Shown here piece by piece: positions 1 to 11,646 of a stretch of 36,386 bases of DNA. Origin of the DNA: Basidiobolus heterosporus B8920 (Eukaryota); contig JNET01028801.1 of NCBI GenBank assembly GCA_000697455.1, positions 1 through 36,386 on the forward strand, given 5' to 3'. Numbering within the stretch: the stretch's first letter is position 1; every line of letters starts with the position of its first letter. Below the pieces are notes generated by a model. That model did no database searches. It was not told where the DNA came from and saw only the letters and a list, made by a program, of their open reading frames with translations. The position numbers and the translations under genes are program-made.

Positions 1-2612
1 GTCCCATATGACCATGTAAGTGTCACCATCGAGATCACCACCAGCACATTGACTAGGCAGATCCCTTGAGCCTTGGGTAGAAAAGGTAATGCAGTTTACA
101 AGATGATGTAGCTGTGGACAATCAACGGCCTCAACCATGTGAATATCTCCTGGATGGAGGCATGGGTTTCGAACCACCATCGCAGGACCAACATAGCTTC
201 TAACGACGCTCGGGTTCTTCGGGTCAGTAAAGCGAACGAATATTTGGTTTTCTTGCAGAGTATGCGTTTCATCCAAAACACCCATCAAATGCGCACCCAT
301 CTCGATGGGTATTCTGGCACGTTCTTTGATGTCTCTTAGAACCTGCACCTTAAGAAGGCTCAGAAGAGATTTGGTCATGTTGTCTCCTGACATCAAGAAC
401 CCTGCTTGAATCATTCTCCTCAATACATTAGTGATCCAACCAGAATTGTAATGGAGCGCCAGAAATTTCAATGCCAGTTCCCTATCATCGATGATCCCAT
501 CCATTTCTCGTAAGAACTCTTCTTGCATGTCTACAAACACTTTGTCCGGGACTCCCAATGTAGTCAGCAGTATAATGACTTGTCGGTTCAAGTAAGCAGA
601 CATGAAGTCCGCGATTCTGATGACCTCCAAGGCATGATGATCAGAGTTGAACTTTCGTTGACTTGGCCGCAGTTGAACCAAGGAAGTGCCCATACTATCG
701 TCGGGTGCAACTGCAAGAACGCCCTTATACCCACCGAGACGAATTTGGAACGCTCCGGGAACAGTGTTTTTTTGATAGAGATTGGCAATGTCCGTGGCCA
801 AAGACAAGGCAATCTTGCCAATTCCATCTGAGAACACGTAGCCGTTGCGTGTGACATCCGGAATCTCTTGAATATGCTTCTTGCTGAGAGTCTTCACAGC
901 TCTCGTACTCGAGAAGCATTGCCCCATGCGTGCAGCATGTTTGGCAACGTTCTTGATTTCGCTGAAATCACCCATCCATCTACGTATGAAGTCGGCATCA
1001 ATACCATCTGGGGTATCCGCAAAAAACCAACAGCTATGCTCACGGAGCTGTGAAGTAGAGAAGGCCAGAAATCGATAGTGACGATTCCCAATATAAAAGC
1101 CTTCGCTCAATACCTCTTTGATATGATCAAATATTGGTTGATACACCAACCGATTAGTGCCTATTTTCTCGAAATGTTCATCAGAAAAGGTCACTCGAAT
1201 AAAGTGATCTTGATGCTGATGGAAATTTCGCAACACTCTGTTCGACAACTCTAGCGTGGGTGGTAAAAAATAGATTTTACTTGGTGTGACAGTTACTCTA
1301 CGAATCCACATTGTGTGTGCGGGGATTTCTTCTAACTGGACCAAGTGGTTGCTCAGCTCTAACATTACCTTTTGAGAGTAGGCTAAAAGATCCTCGATTG
1401 AGTCTTCGGCCTCGGTCATGCGCGTCAATATTTTGTTAGCAACGTCTATATCCAAACTGTTCATAAAAGCAACCCAATCTTCAGTCAGACTGTACAAGCT
1501 TATTTTCTGCGCGCATATCAGGCATTCCACTAAATAGGATAGTTTGAATGGAAGTAAGCTGTGAATGTCAACAACCTCCCGCTTTGTCATATCCGCTACT
1601 GAAGGGAATACACCATTGCTTTCGTTGGATAAGAGATTGTAGCGCATCAGACCATCTATCGAATCTTTGAACGATTCCCCGTAAGCATTCATCAGAGGAA
1701 CGCTGACTCGATACGCAAAATAGTTGCCGATACTGATTCTTGCATCATGGCCTACATTACTGTTCGATATTTGATCAGTGATGTAAGTAGCCCGTTCCCA
1801 CATATTCTCTTCGTTCCAACTCTCCGGGGTTCCCATGCTGAGTGCTAGAGACTCGTGCCGATGCCACATGAAAGGTGAGCGGGACAGCTGTATATACAGT
1901 ACGTACGTATTTTCATTGCTGTCGTCCAATACGATTCTTTTACGGATATCATCGAATCTTATTCCGATTCGGTATTCATCATGTTTGTGGTGGAACCTTA
2001 TGGACATTATTCGTCTACCATAGTCTACCTCAAACACACTCTTATCTGACGGCTTCCAACCACTCAAGAAAGTGTTGTTACCCGAAAAAGACCCCATCTC
2101 AAAAGCGATAGCATCGAAGTGGACCTGAGATTTAATATATTCTCCTCTTTCTCGAAGGTTTAACCTATCGGCAGTATGTTTGGTGAACCCGATCTGCAAA
2201 ATGTCACCTCTACGACCTAGGTGAATTGGCTGTAGTTCCTGATCCAAGAAATCTAAAGAAACTGGTGGAGGTCTGAAATCAATAATGGCTCTTTTACTTC
2301 TCCCAGGCTGAGTATTTTTCAACACAATACAAGCGTTAACGTTGCCCCAGGTAGAGAAATAGTTCTTTATATCGGCGGCATCCATTGTGTTAGGTAAACC
2401 TTGAACAAAAATCCCTAATTCGTGGAGGCCATAAGTGCTTAGGCAACTGAAAGAAAGCGGGCCAGGATATAGCTTCTTAGGTCTATTACTTCCCGGGAAG
2501 CACAGAGTCAACTTTTTATTAAGCTAAACTGAGTTTGTTAGTTTCGCAACAACATATTCCACATTCTGACACTGTTACTGGGAAAAATCTACCCTACCTC
2601 AGTGTCTAACAT
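1..2612 (-). CDS. RNA-dependent RNA polymerase (eukaryotic RNAi type, RDR/QDE-1/SAD-1 family), 3'-truncated by window edge
   Basis: The minus-strand frame appears open from 2523 to base 1 and was missed by the ORF track because it has no stop in the window. It contains the catalytic SQCAGGDLDGDTYMVIWD at ~1-55, FIRVTFSDE (~1180-1205) and an N-terminal RRM-like IFVQGLPNTMDAADIKNYFSTWGNV (~2340-2412). The 5' end is tentative: exon 2612-2598 (MLDTE) with a GT-AG intron 2597-2524. The first in-frame ATG without splicing is at 2385. Confidence 0.93.
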
Positions 2613-3599
2613 TCTCTATTATAGGGAGCTGAATTTACACCACAGCTTCGGATACCCCTATAATAAAGCAATATGATTCTGCTGCCTTAACACGATATAA
2701 AAATAGACCAACGAATCGATTAACTATGATTAATCGTACCCTCTTCTATAATAGATTGGGTAAATAGTTTAGCTTAAATGCTCTGGAGATGTTAGATAGT
2801 CGTTAAAGTATTATCACACCTCAACTAGACAATTGACCATTACCATAAACACTCACATTAGAAAACAAAGCTGGGGTTAGTTGGCCAAATCATTTCGCTA
2901 ATTTTTGCTCAAGTTTTTATGCTCATCTTCCTAAGAAAATGGATTGAGAACCAGGTCGTGTTGGGCCCTTTGACGGGGGAATCTAGATTCTCTATAGCGT
3001 CATTGATCTGTGATAAAGGGTTTCCAGACAAGCCTGTTGACGAATACTCCAAGGCCAACCTTTTCAACTTTATTTATATCTGTCTTTAAAATAATCAACT
3101 GCAATAGCATCTTCCAGGCGTTTCCCCCTCATCCGCATAAAATAAACTTGCTTGCAAAAGGAAGCAGTATAGTAATCGCATATTGTGCTGCCTTGGGTCA
3201 TTTCACCTGCACTCTCTGTTATCGAGAGTAAATCATCAAACCGATAAGATCGCGCCCTTAACCCAAAGTGGTTAATATCTATATTAATTTAGTGGTCAAA
3301 CGGCACCTTACCCCAAAGTATTTAATCAAATTATCTGTTCATCAATCTTTCCATCAAGGTGGTCGCGATCATGCATCTATAATCCAGTCTCATTTGATTT
3401 GTGGTTAATCACGTTCGAGGTTTTTCTATGGAATCTCTAGGCTCTCGAAGATGAATCTTCACCCGATAATTCGGTTACTGTGCCATAGCAATTTATTATA
3501 AATTACATCCAGTGGTTGCATGAATTTGCCATTCTTCTTGATATTCGAACATCTTCCCCACACCTCAATAGATTGTGATCAATTGTAGTTTATACTTCC

Positions 3600-4831
3600 A
3601 TGATTCCAACTTCTGCTCTTCAAGCTCTCCCCAGAGCCCACATAGCAAGGCTGGCAAATGCCAAGATCACTCGGGTTTCAGTAAGTATATATGTTGACGT
3701 TTGTCATGGTGCCACATTGGTATTAATCCCCTTCTGACATTATAGTTACAACACCTCTTTTCCTTTGGTAATTATGTTGCGAAAACCCACAATCCTCTGT
3801 TAACTGCACAATTTCTTCATCAAGAATTGCCAGTTAGACTCACTCAATCACTCAAAATCTTGAACGCAAGTGATGTTCCCTTTGGCATGTCTAATTTGCC
3901 TACATTTAGAAAAATTTCCGAAAATTTCCTCCAAGATATTGCTACTTTATCCAGAACGCCAAGGCCAATGTGTGAAGTACAGGAAATCTCCTTCACTGAA
4001 CTACTTAAGGATATGCAATATCGTCAAGAAGTGAACAATCTATCCATTGGCCGTGGGCTTCAGGAACTTTTAGATACCACAAAAAAAGGAATCAATCTCA
4101 ACGACAAGCGTTTGAAATTGTTCTTCGATAAATACTACACCATGGCGCTTGGAACCAGAACTATCATAAGCGAGCATCTCTCCCTTCATGAACACGAACG
4201 TAGTACCGTCGAAAAAATATCCCCCTTGGATGTGGCAAGAAATGCTGCTTTTGATGCCCGTAGAGTTTGCGCCAATTACTATGGCTTCAAAGCACCAGAA
4301 GTTGAAATTATCTCCAAGAACACTAGTGTTTCTCCACTTTACATTGAAGAATACCTTCATCGTAGCTTGTTTGAGATCCTCAAGAACTCGTTTAAGGCAA
4401 CCGCCGAGACTCACAAACATTCCAACCGCTTACCCCCAGTCAAAATTGTTATCGTTGCTGGTGGAGAAGACATCACCATCAAGGTATCTGATGTTGGTGG
4501 TGGTATTCCTCTATCGAAGATGGAAAACCTATGGGGTTATACTTACTCTGAGCAATCAGAGAATGGCTCATTTTTGGCTGGAAACAGCGCCAACTACGGC
4601 ATGAATATCCCCTTGGCTGGATTTGGCCCTGGGTTGTCAGTGGCTAGACTCATCTCTAGATACTTTGGTGGGGAGCTAAATGTAGTATCGATGGACGGTT
4701 ATGGAACCGACGCTTATTTACACATCTTTCGACAACAATCTTGCTTGGAGAATGTACCAGAATTCGACGACGCCGAGATCCTATTCGAAGCTGATGAGCC
4801 CATGCAAGCTGCTGCCATTGGTTCCGCCTAA
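3600..4831 (+). CDS. Mitochondrial alpha-ketoacid dehydrogenase kinase (PDK/BCKDK family)
   Basis: Exons 3600-3680 and 3746-4831 (GTAAGT..TAG intron). Motifs: AQFLHQELPVRL, LFEILKNSFKAT (N-box), VSDVGGGIP (G1), LAGFGPGLSVARL..RYFGG..SMDGYGTD (G2/G3). Confidence 0.9.
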
Positions 4832-5305
4832 GCGAATCTTTAGTTAATGCACCTTATTTCGAGACCTTGTTTATATCTATTCAATAGAATCTGTAATATA
4901 GAATATCCTAATTGTTAATCATATCCTTAGAATAAAATTTTCCCTAATCAAAAAGCTTTGTTCTCTGCGCGAAATAGGAAGCTAATTAGTAGAATGTGGT
5001 CTTTGCTCTTTTCAACATTATCTACACGTGTCAAGTCCTCCCTTCTGGTAAGTCACCGAAATTACGTTCGCTCATTCAGCTAATGTTGATCCACTGATAA
5101 CAATACCAGGAGGTCGGAGTTTAACTGGGGATCCTAAAATAATCTTGATATCAAACCATTCATTGATTAACCAATTCTATCAAAATATTGACAGCAAAAG
5201 AAAAGCATTCAGAGGTTATAAATAGTGTTTTGTACATCTCTGTAAATGCATGACACTTCCTAATCTTTCTATGATGTAGCATGAAAACACGTTCTTTCAT
5301 TCTGA

Positions 5306-5343
5306 TTTAATCCGCTTTAATCCGCTTTAATCCGCTTTAATCC
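5306..5343. repeat. 10-bp tandem repeat (TTTAATCCGC) x~3.8
   Basis: Directly visible: tttaatccgc tttaatccgc tttaatccgc tttaatcc, in the intergenic region between convergent genes. Confidence 0.9.
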
Positions 5344-5797
5344 ACCCCACTAATATCTCAATGACTTGATTTCGTTAAGATCCAATCGAGGTTTATCTAC
5401 TGCGAAAGGTATTACAGACACGTGTCGACAGTATTGGACAACAATAAAAGCAGTCCATCTTAGTTGAAGATCCCATAATCAACCCATTAACTTCGACAAT
5501 GTTTAAGTTCCGAATTTTGATTAATTTTAGATTTGGTCCAATTTCGTAGTTCAATCTTTTCATGCATGATGGAGAAACACACCAAAAATCCATACGAAAT
5601 TTAATTCCAGTACCATGAAAGATCTTCAGTAGGAAAATAGACTATTTGGTTACTTGTTATCCTGCACTTTGCTTTATGTCACAATTAAATTCGATTCCGA
5701 GGATACAATGAGTTCGCTCATGTTTTATGTAGGGTAAATATCAAGAAGTATAAATAATCAATTAATTTCTGAGACTACAGTAATCATTAAATCATTT

Positions 5798-7190
5798 TTA
5801 CTCTTTCTTTTCATCTTCGTTCTGCTTCTCTTGTTTATCAGAATCGGGGTTGCTGGAAAGTCCTTGCAAGGCGTTTTTAACGCGTGGATCATTGGGGTCA
5901 ACACCAGGAAGTGATTCTAAAACGGAGTTCATGAAAGTAGAGTCTGAAGATGGGGTCTCTTCAACCTTCTGGTCGTTCGAGTCTGATTGCATAGATAGAG
6001 AGATAGCACGGGCAATTTGCTCTTCCTCAGTTAATGCTTCGCTAGGCACATCTTCCATTTGAATATCTTTACCTTCGGCGTTATCCATAGACATGGCTAA
6101 GGCTTGGGCTAACATATCCTCTTCAGTGTTTCCACCTTCAGCGGATTGTGCAGCTGCTTGAGGCGTTGCGGAGCCACCTTCTTTGTTTTGGTTAGACTTG
6201 GCAGCTTCTTGTTCTTGACGTGCTTTTTCCTCTTCAAGAGAAATGCGAAGAGCAAGTGCAAGCTCGGGGTCGAGGTTAGGATCAACACCAAGTTCATAAG
6301 AGCCGCCCGATCCACTGTATCCAGGTGCAGAGCCACCTTCACCAGCGAGAATAGGTGAGGATATAAGGATGTCGCTAAGAATATGAGGACCAGGTGGGAT
6401 AGTCACAAGATGACTAGTTTTCATCATCAAATATAAATTATCGTTACTAAGCTATGAAGTAGCCTAGAAAAAGAAAATTATAAAATCTTACCTGTTGTCA
6501 TTGCTATTGACAGCGGATATAAATGCTTCAAGCTTACTGGTATTCTCTCCCTCTTCACCAAAGTTAATAACATCAATGGCGATGTTGTTTTTCTTCATCT
6601 TTTTCGCCAATTTAACTAAACTCTTTTCGTCAGTGGTGACTGGACTACCAACGAAAACAATAATGCGTTGTTGTTGATTCTTATTCTGTCTATGTTTCAA
6701 AGCGAGCTACAAGAAATAAAGTTAGAGAGATGAGCAAACAATCTACTAAAGTAGTTACCAACCTGAGCGATTTGGATTCCCGTAGTAAGGCTAGAGTTTC
6801 CCTCTACTCTGGTATTGTGAAGAGCGTTCAATATTTTTCCAACATCACGAGTCAAAGTGACCAACACTTCAGGACTATACAACAAAAATACCTTGGTAAG
6901 TATTAAATGACTTACGAAAAATACATAAAAAGGTACCAACCCTTTGTTAGCCATTGTCATTAAACCGACAGTATTCTCTGGGTTGGATTGAAACTTGGAG
7001 TTGAAAATCAAGTTGACAGCATCACCTTGAGCTTCTAGTCTTGTAGGCGTATAATCTCCGTTTCTCATCCATTCGGAGTTATCTAAACTACATCAATTAT
7101 AAGATAGAGGTCAATATTTTCAAGATCTTGATCAGTATACAAATAAGTGAGGATAAAATTTTACATGAGCATAGTAGCTTCGAGGACCAT
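5798..7190 (-). CDS. RPN10: 26S proteasome regulatory subunit Rpn10 (vWA + UIMs)
   Basis: Spliced start [26 protein letters not shown], then [23 protein letters not shown], and UIMs [15 protein letters not shown] and [14 protein letters not shown]. Multi-exon. Confidence 0.96.
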
Positions 7191-7977
7191 CTTGTATATG
7201 TATAACTTGGGATGCGTTTAGTTTGAATAATTCCACTTCTACCTTGTCAATAATCGTAATTTTAATAACCAACGAAAACAAGAAAAATTAGGTGTTGCGT
7301 GGTGTTCTCCTCATAGATGATGACGCCTACGTAAGCTGATTAATTCCATACTGATTTTCATCATACGTTTTTTCGATGCAACCCCCGAAAAATAGTAGAC
7401 TTAATTTTGACTTTAAGGTTGAATAAATTTGATGATTTTGATTAAATATCTTTCGACTTGGGTTGTACACCACTGCGAACAACCCGATCAAGTTGCAAAA
7501 CTTGAGCATAACCCACTATATTTTTATCGATGTGAACTTCATCGATGTATCCATAATGTATCATAATGTTGTTGCTACTTCACTGAAACAATGTGATTGA
7601 TAGGTAAGTGGTAACGTTGGCTACATCATATGGTGTCCGAAACAACGGTCTCATTCTAGGTGAGTTCAAGGAGCTCATGCGTCGTGGAGTTATTGGTTTT
7701 GATTTATTTGATTTTGTAGTGTTGACTTGCTCATACATTTGAATATTTGACTGATTCAACCCAATATGGGAAAAAAATGAGATATGTGACTTGCGTAAGT
7801 TGAGGTAATGAAGACAAGCGACCCTGATTTGCCATTGATTGCTTAAGGTTGGAGTAGAGCATCACGTGCTTCTCACAACACAAAATATGATGATAGAGAG
7901 TGACACAACCATTTCTCTACTACTCTTCTATATATATATCTAACCAAAATAAACTGTGATAAGAAAAGAATTACACC

Positions 7978-8708
7978 ATGGTAAAAAATACAACGCTACC
8001 GATTGAGAAGAAGGAACAGCAAGTTGAGCTTAGTACCATAGCTGCTGAAATGCTGGGGCAAAGCAAAGCTCTATTGGAATCGCTTCAGGACGAGAGTAAT
8101 TTTACAATAGAGTCGAAGTTTGTCCCAAAGAGCAATATCGCAAAGCACATACGACATTTGTCCGATCATTTTAAACTACTGCTAAAAAACAAACCAGAAG
8201 GTGTCTCCTGCGTGTCAAACGATCAGACAACTTGGGCAGTTGATTATGATTCTCGTGATCGTAATGTAAGAGTCAATATATTCGAAAATGGATGAACTTC
8301 TATGATAGTCTTCTTGAGTCGCAGTTCAGTAATTCATATTTTCGAATATTCATATAGGTGCTTATGGAAACAGATAAAAATGCAGCCATCCAAGAAATTG
8401 AAAAGCTTCAGGCAAAAATACGGAATAGCAACACACCTCTCGATACACCTGTTCATTTACTGGCGGTCGTCAATAGTGACGATGATAATAAGTCAGAATT
8501 TTTATCAAATTATGGACGAGAGCTATGGTTCTGCGTTCATCACGCTGGTAAGTCAATTCTAGAGGTATTTATAATATTTCTCATCTAATCGCGTCTTTTA
8601 GTTCATCACCATGCTCTTATCAAAGTAATATGTATAGAGCACAATATTGACGTACCAGAGCAATTTGGGATAGCACCATCCACGCAAAAATATAATCAAA
8701 ACTCTTAG
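7978..8708 (+). CDS. DinB-superfamily protein (~194 aa)
   Basis: Exons 7978-8265, 8358-8547 and 8602-8708 join in frame. Motifs IAKHIRHLSDHF, VDYDSRDRN, SNYGRELWFCVHHAVHHHALIKVI and VPEQFGIAPST match a DinB-like four-helix family with His metal ligands. Confidence 0.8.
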
Positions 8709-8990
8709 TTTGAAAGCTTTGCATTCACACAAAGCTTTCGTAAACTAATAGGAATTCATTAAAATAATTTGACTCTATTTGCTGTTAGCATTCATTCAAC
8801 ACATTCCAATCTCAATGACAAATGTTGTGACGTATAGTTTATAGAAAAGCATACAACCTAAATCGCATCTGTTACCCTGCGTGGCGCAATGTCAAGATAT
8901 GATAGGCCAAGATGTGCATAAAAATGCTAAGAGACGCACACCAATTCGTACCTCCAGATCTTGGCCCAGCTCTTTATAGAGAAAAGACGC

Positions 8991-9564
8991 ATGGAATATT
9001 CAGGTGTGAAGAAAACCTCCAAAGAATTAAACAACAAACGAATCGACGCAAGTACACAGAAGTCTTACAAAATGCAAAAGGTAATATGTAATGTCGTGTC
9101 CAAGCCGAAGAGACAACAAGTGCAAAACGGCTCCACCGAGAAAAGCTCCAAGAAAGGAAGAAAATCCAAGAGTGACAAAGGCGATGATAACAAAAAAGAC
9201 CGTCCAAAGAGACCTAGAAGTTCGTACATAATTTTCGCAACTGAACAAAGGTGATCTTTGAAACAATCTAACTTGATTGCAGATAATCCTTGGTACTAAC
9301 CAACATTTCAAATATTAGAGCTTCTGAGAAAGAGAACAATCCCAATGCTTCCCCATCCGATTTGGTCAAGTTACTGGCGGCCAGATGGAAAACTATGGGT
9401 GAAGATCAAAAAAAGGTAGTTTTTTCAACATTCAACTAATAGTAAATGGCATTTGTAACATTGTTATCTAGCCTTACGTTGAAATGGCGGCTCAAGACAA
9501 AGCACGATATGAAGGAGAGATGAGTAACTATACTCTGGTAATCAACCATTGCATCTATATTTAA
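8991..9564 (+). CDS. HMG-box protein (NHP6/HMGB-like)
   Basis: Exons ~8991-9250, 9319-9415 and 9472-9564 give PKRPRSSYIIFATEQRASEKENNPNASPSDLVKLLAARWKTMGEDQKKPYVEMAAQDKARYEGEM. The start and last exon are uncertain (possible extra intron at 9538). Confidence 0.85.
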
Positions 9565-10071
9565 CATATTGAAAGTTTCATGTAACCTCTTAGTCCAAGT
9601 AGATCGAAAACCTGAAATCAGTTGGAGCAGAACACACCGTTACTAATAGCAAAACTGAGAGATTGACCGAGACAGACTAGGCTCTTGATTGAATTCGATT
9701 TGCATTTCAGATTAAACCAATTTGCTTCTTATTTATACAAAATTAGCTGATTTGAGGTAGAAATAAACAATAGATAATTTCATAATGTTGAATATTTGTG
9801 GATAGACTAAAGCGGTCAGTATCGTTTATTAGTGTTTCATTTTGTTGGCCATGTTCAAGTTTGTTGTAGCATATGATTATAATGCGTATCAAATTATTTG
9901 AGTTTACCTCAATTTCAGTAGTCTTTAATACTCTGGCTTTAGGGAAGTACTTTGTCGGAAAAGCTTCAAATAATTCATACTCGATTGTTGAACAACTACT
10001 AAGCTACAATCTCTATGACACATATTACTTGCATCTAATTTTTGCAATTTCTTTTTAGCGTGCAGGTCAAA

Positions 10072-11373
10072 ATGGCTGAATTTAACCAGCAGAAAATATT
10101 AGCTTGGAATTCACAGGTGCTGGTTGAAGACGACTTGGAAGTACAGCCAGTTAGTCTAGGTGGCTTACACCGAACCGGAAAAAATTACAAACCAGTTAAA
10201 GAAGAGGTTGTATTGAAACAAAGAGAAAAGAATACCCTCTACAGGAGCCAGAAGACTTTAGCGCCTTCTAGACGTGAGAATTCAGGCATAGAATCTACTG
10301 AAAGCTACAAATTTAGTCATGTTAAGAAGAACTCAAAGCTGAGAAATCTTACTCTGCACCGTCCAAGTACGTTGGAACGTGATGGCAATTCAGAAACGAC
10401 CGCTGTAAAAGACTCCCGTGTAGCTCAGGATAAAAACCCATTACTCTCAAAGTACAAAGTATCAGCTTGGCATACTCTAGGGCCTGAAAAAACCAAGTCT
10501 ACTGAAGGAGGAATAGAAGCCGGTGGCCTGCATCGTATAGGGAAAAATTACAAGCCACACTCAGTTAATGTGGTTTCTAAAGATAACGATTGCAACCCAA
10601 AGAAACCATTGTTAAGAAATGAATCTCCTAGGGTTGAAATATCTAATTGGTATAAACTTGGAGCAGAAAACGAAGTAAATGATTCTGAAGTAGGATCAGG
10701 CCAGCTACACAGGCAAGGGAATAACTTCAAGCCCCATAATGTAGAGCCTAACAGAGGTCGTGAAAGAATGCGAAATCAACCAATTCCTACTTCTAACCAG
10801 ACTGGTCAGCGAGCGAAAAATATAAAGAGCTCACCGAATGCTTTCCAAGAACAAAGTAAAGCTCAAGAGGTAAGTGAATTCATTGACTGTTTTTCAGAGC
10901 TTTCAGTAGATGGAACCGAACGAGAATGCACTCTATTCAATGATGATGTACACGGAGTAGAGTTTTGGGACATTCCGGTGGAAGAGAACAACAAGGAGAA
11001 ATGTGCAACGAAACAAGACTTTACGGTTAATTTGAGTCAAGAATTGGAGGAAACAATAAGCCTACCTTCAGAGCTGAAACGAGCTGATCAAATAGAAAAC
11101 CTCGAAAAAGGGTGTATTTCTGAATGTACTTCACCTGCGACATTAGATGATTTTTCTTTATCGATACCGGGATCATGTCAAGGGAATATCATACTATTAC
11201 TAGAAATCGAGATTCATGATGGTAGAACAAAAACAATCGCACTACACGAACATGATAATCCCCTCGAGGTTGCAAAGCGATTCTGTCAAACTTGGGATAT
11301 CCCTGGTAGAGATGTAGTTGCGCGTCTTGCTCGGCTTATTACCCTTCGGAAAGCACAAATCTCTACACTATAA
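10072..11373 (+). CDS. Hypothetical protein with three GxLHRxGxN(Y/F)KP repeats and a small C-terminal globular domain
   Basis: 433-codon single-exon ORF from the ATG at 10072. It has internal repeats and a C-terminal LLLEIEIHDGRTKTIALHEHDNPLEVAKRFCQTW segment. Confidence 0.8.
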   Translation: MAEFNQQKILAWNSQVLVEDDLEVQPVSLGGLHRTGKNYKPVKEEVVLKQREKNTLYRSQKTLAPSRRENSGIESTESYKFSHVKKNSKLRNLTLHRPSTLERDGNSETTAVKDSRVAQDKNPLLSKYKVSAWHTLGPEKTKSTEGGIEAGGLHRIGKNYKPHSVNVVSKDNDCNPKKPLLRNESPRVEISNWYKLGAENEVNDSEVGSGQLHRQGNNFKPHNVEPNRGRERMRNQPIPTSNQTGQRAKNIKSSPNAFQEQSKAQEVSEFIDCFSELSVDGTERECTLFNDDVHGVEFWDIPVEENNKEKCATKQDFTVNLSQELEETISLPSELKRADQIENLEKGCISECTSPATLDDFSLSIPGSCQGNIILLLEIEIHDGRTKTIALHEHDNPLEVAKRFCQTWDIPGRDVVARLARLITLRKAQISTL

Positions 11374-11646
11374 TGGACACTATTCGAGCTCATACACCCT
11401 TCCTTCACCCTTCATCATTTACGCCTTGCCAGGTGTGAATACCATTGATTACATGATATCTTTCCAATGACAATGTTCTATAATATTAGAAAACAAAATA
11501 ACATCTGATTTCAATTGTTCTATTTTACAGAGGATTTTATGTGTTTGAATTTGCATTTATAGGTGACTTAAAACAAATAGTGTTACTTTCTATGCTCAAC
11601 TTCCAATCAACACACACGGAAGTTGCTAATCAGTTGAACACAATTA

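Noticed and set aside
96..2111. Numerous short ORFs in the track
   Set aside because: All are antisense or off-frame shadows of the RdRP reading frame.
8991..9564. HMG-box gene as a SexM/SexP mating-type locus, possibly with the homeodomain gene
   Set aside because: The box resembles non-specific NHP6/HMGB (PKRP.S.YIIF, DK.RY..EM), and the triose-phosphate transporter and RNA helicase flanks typical of Mucorales sex loci are absent.
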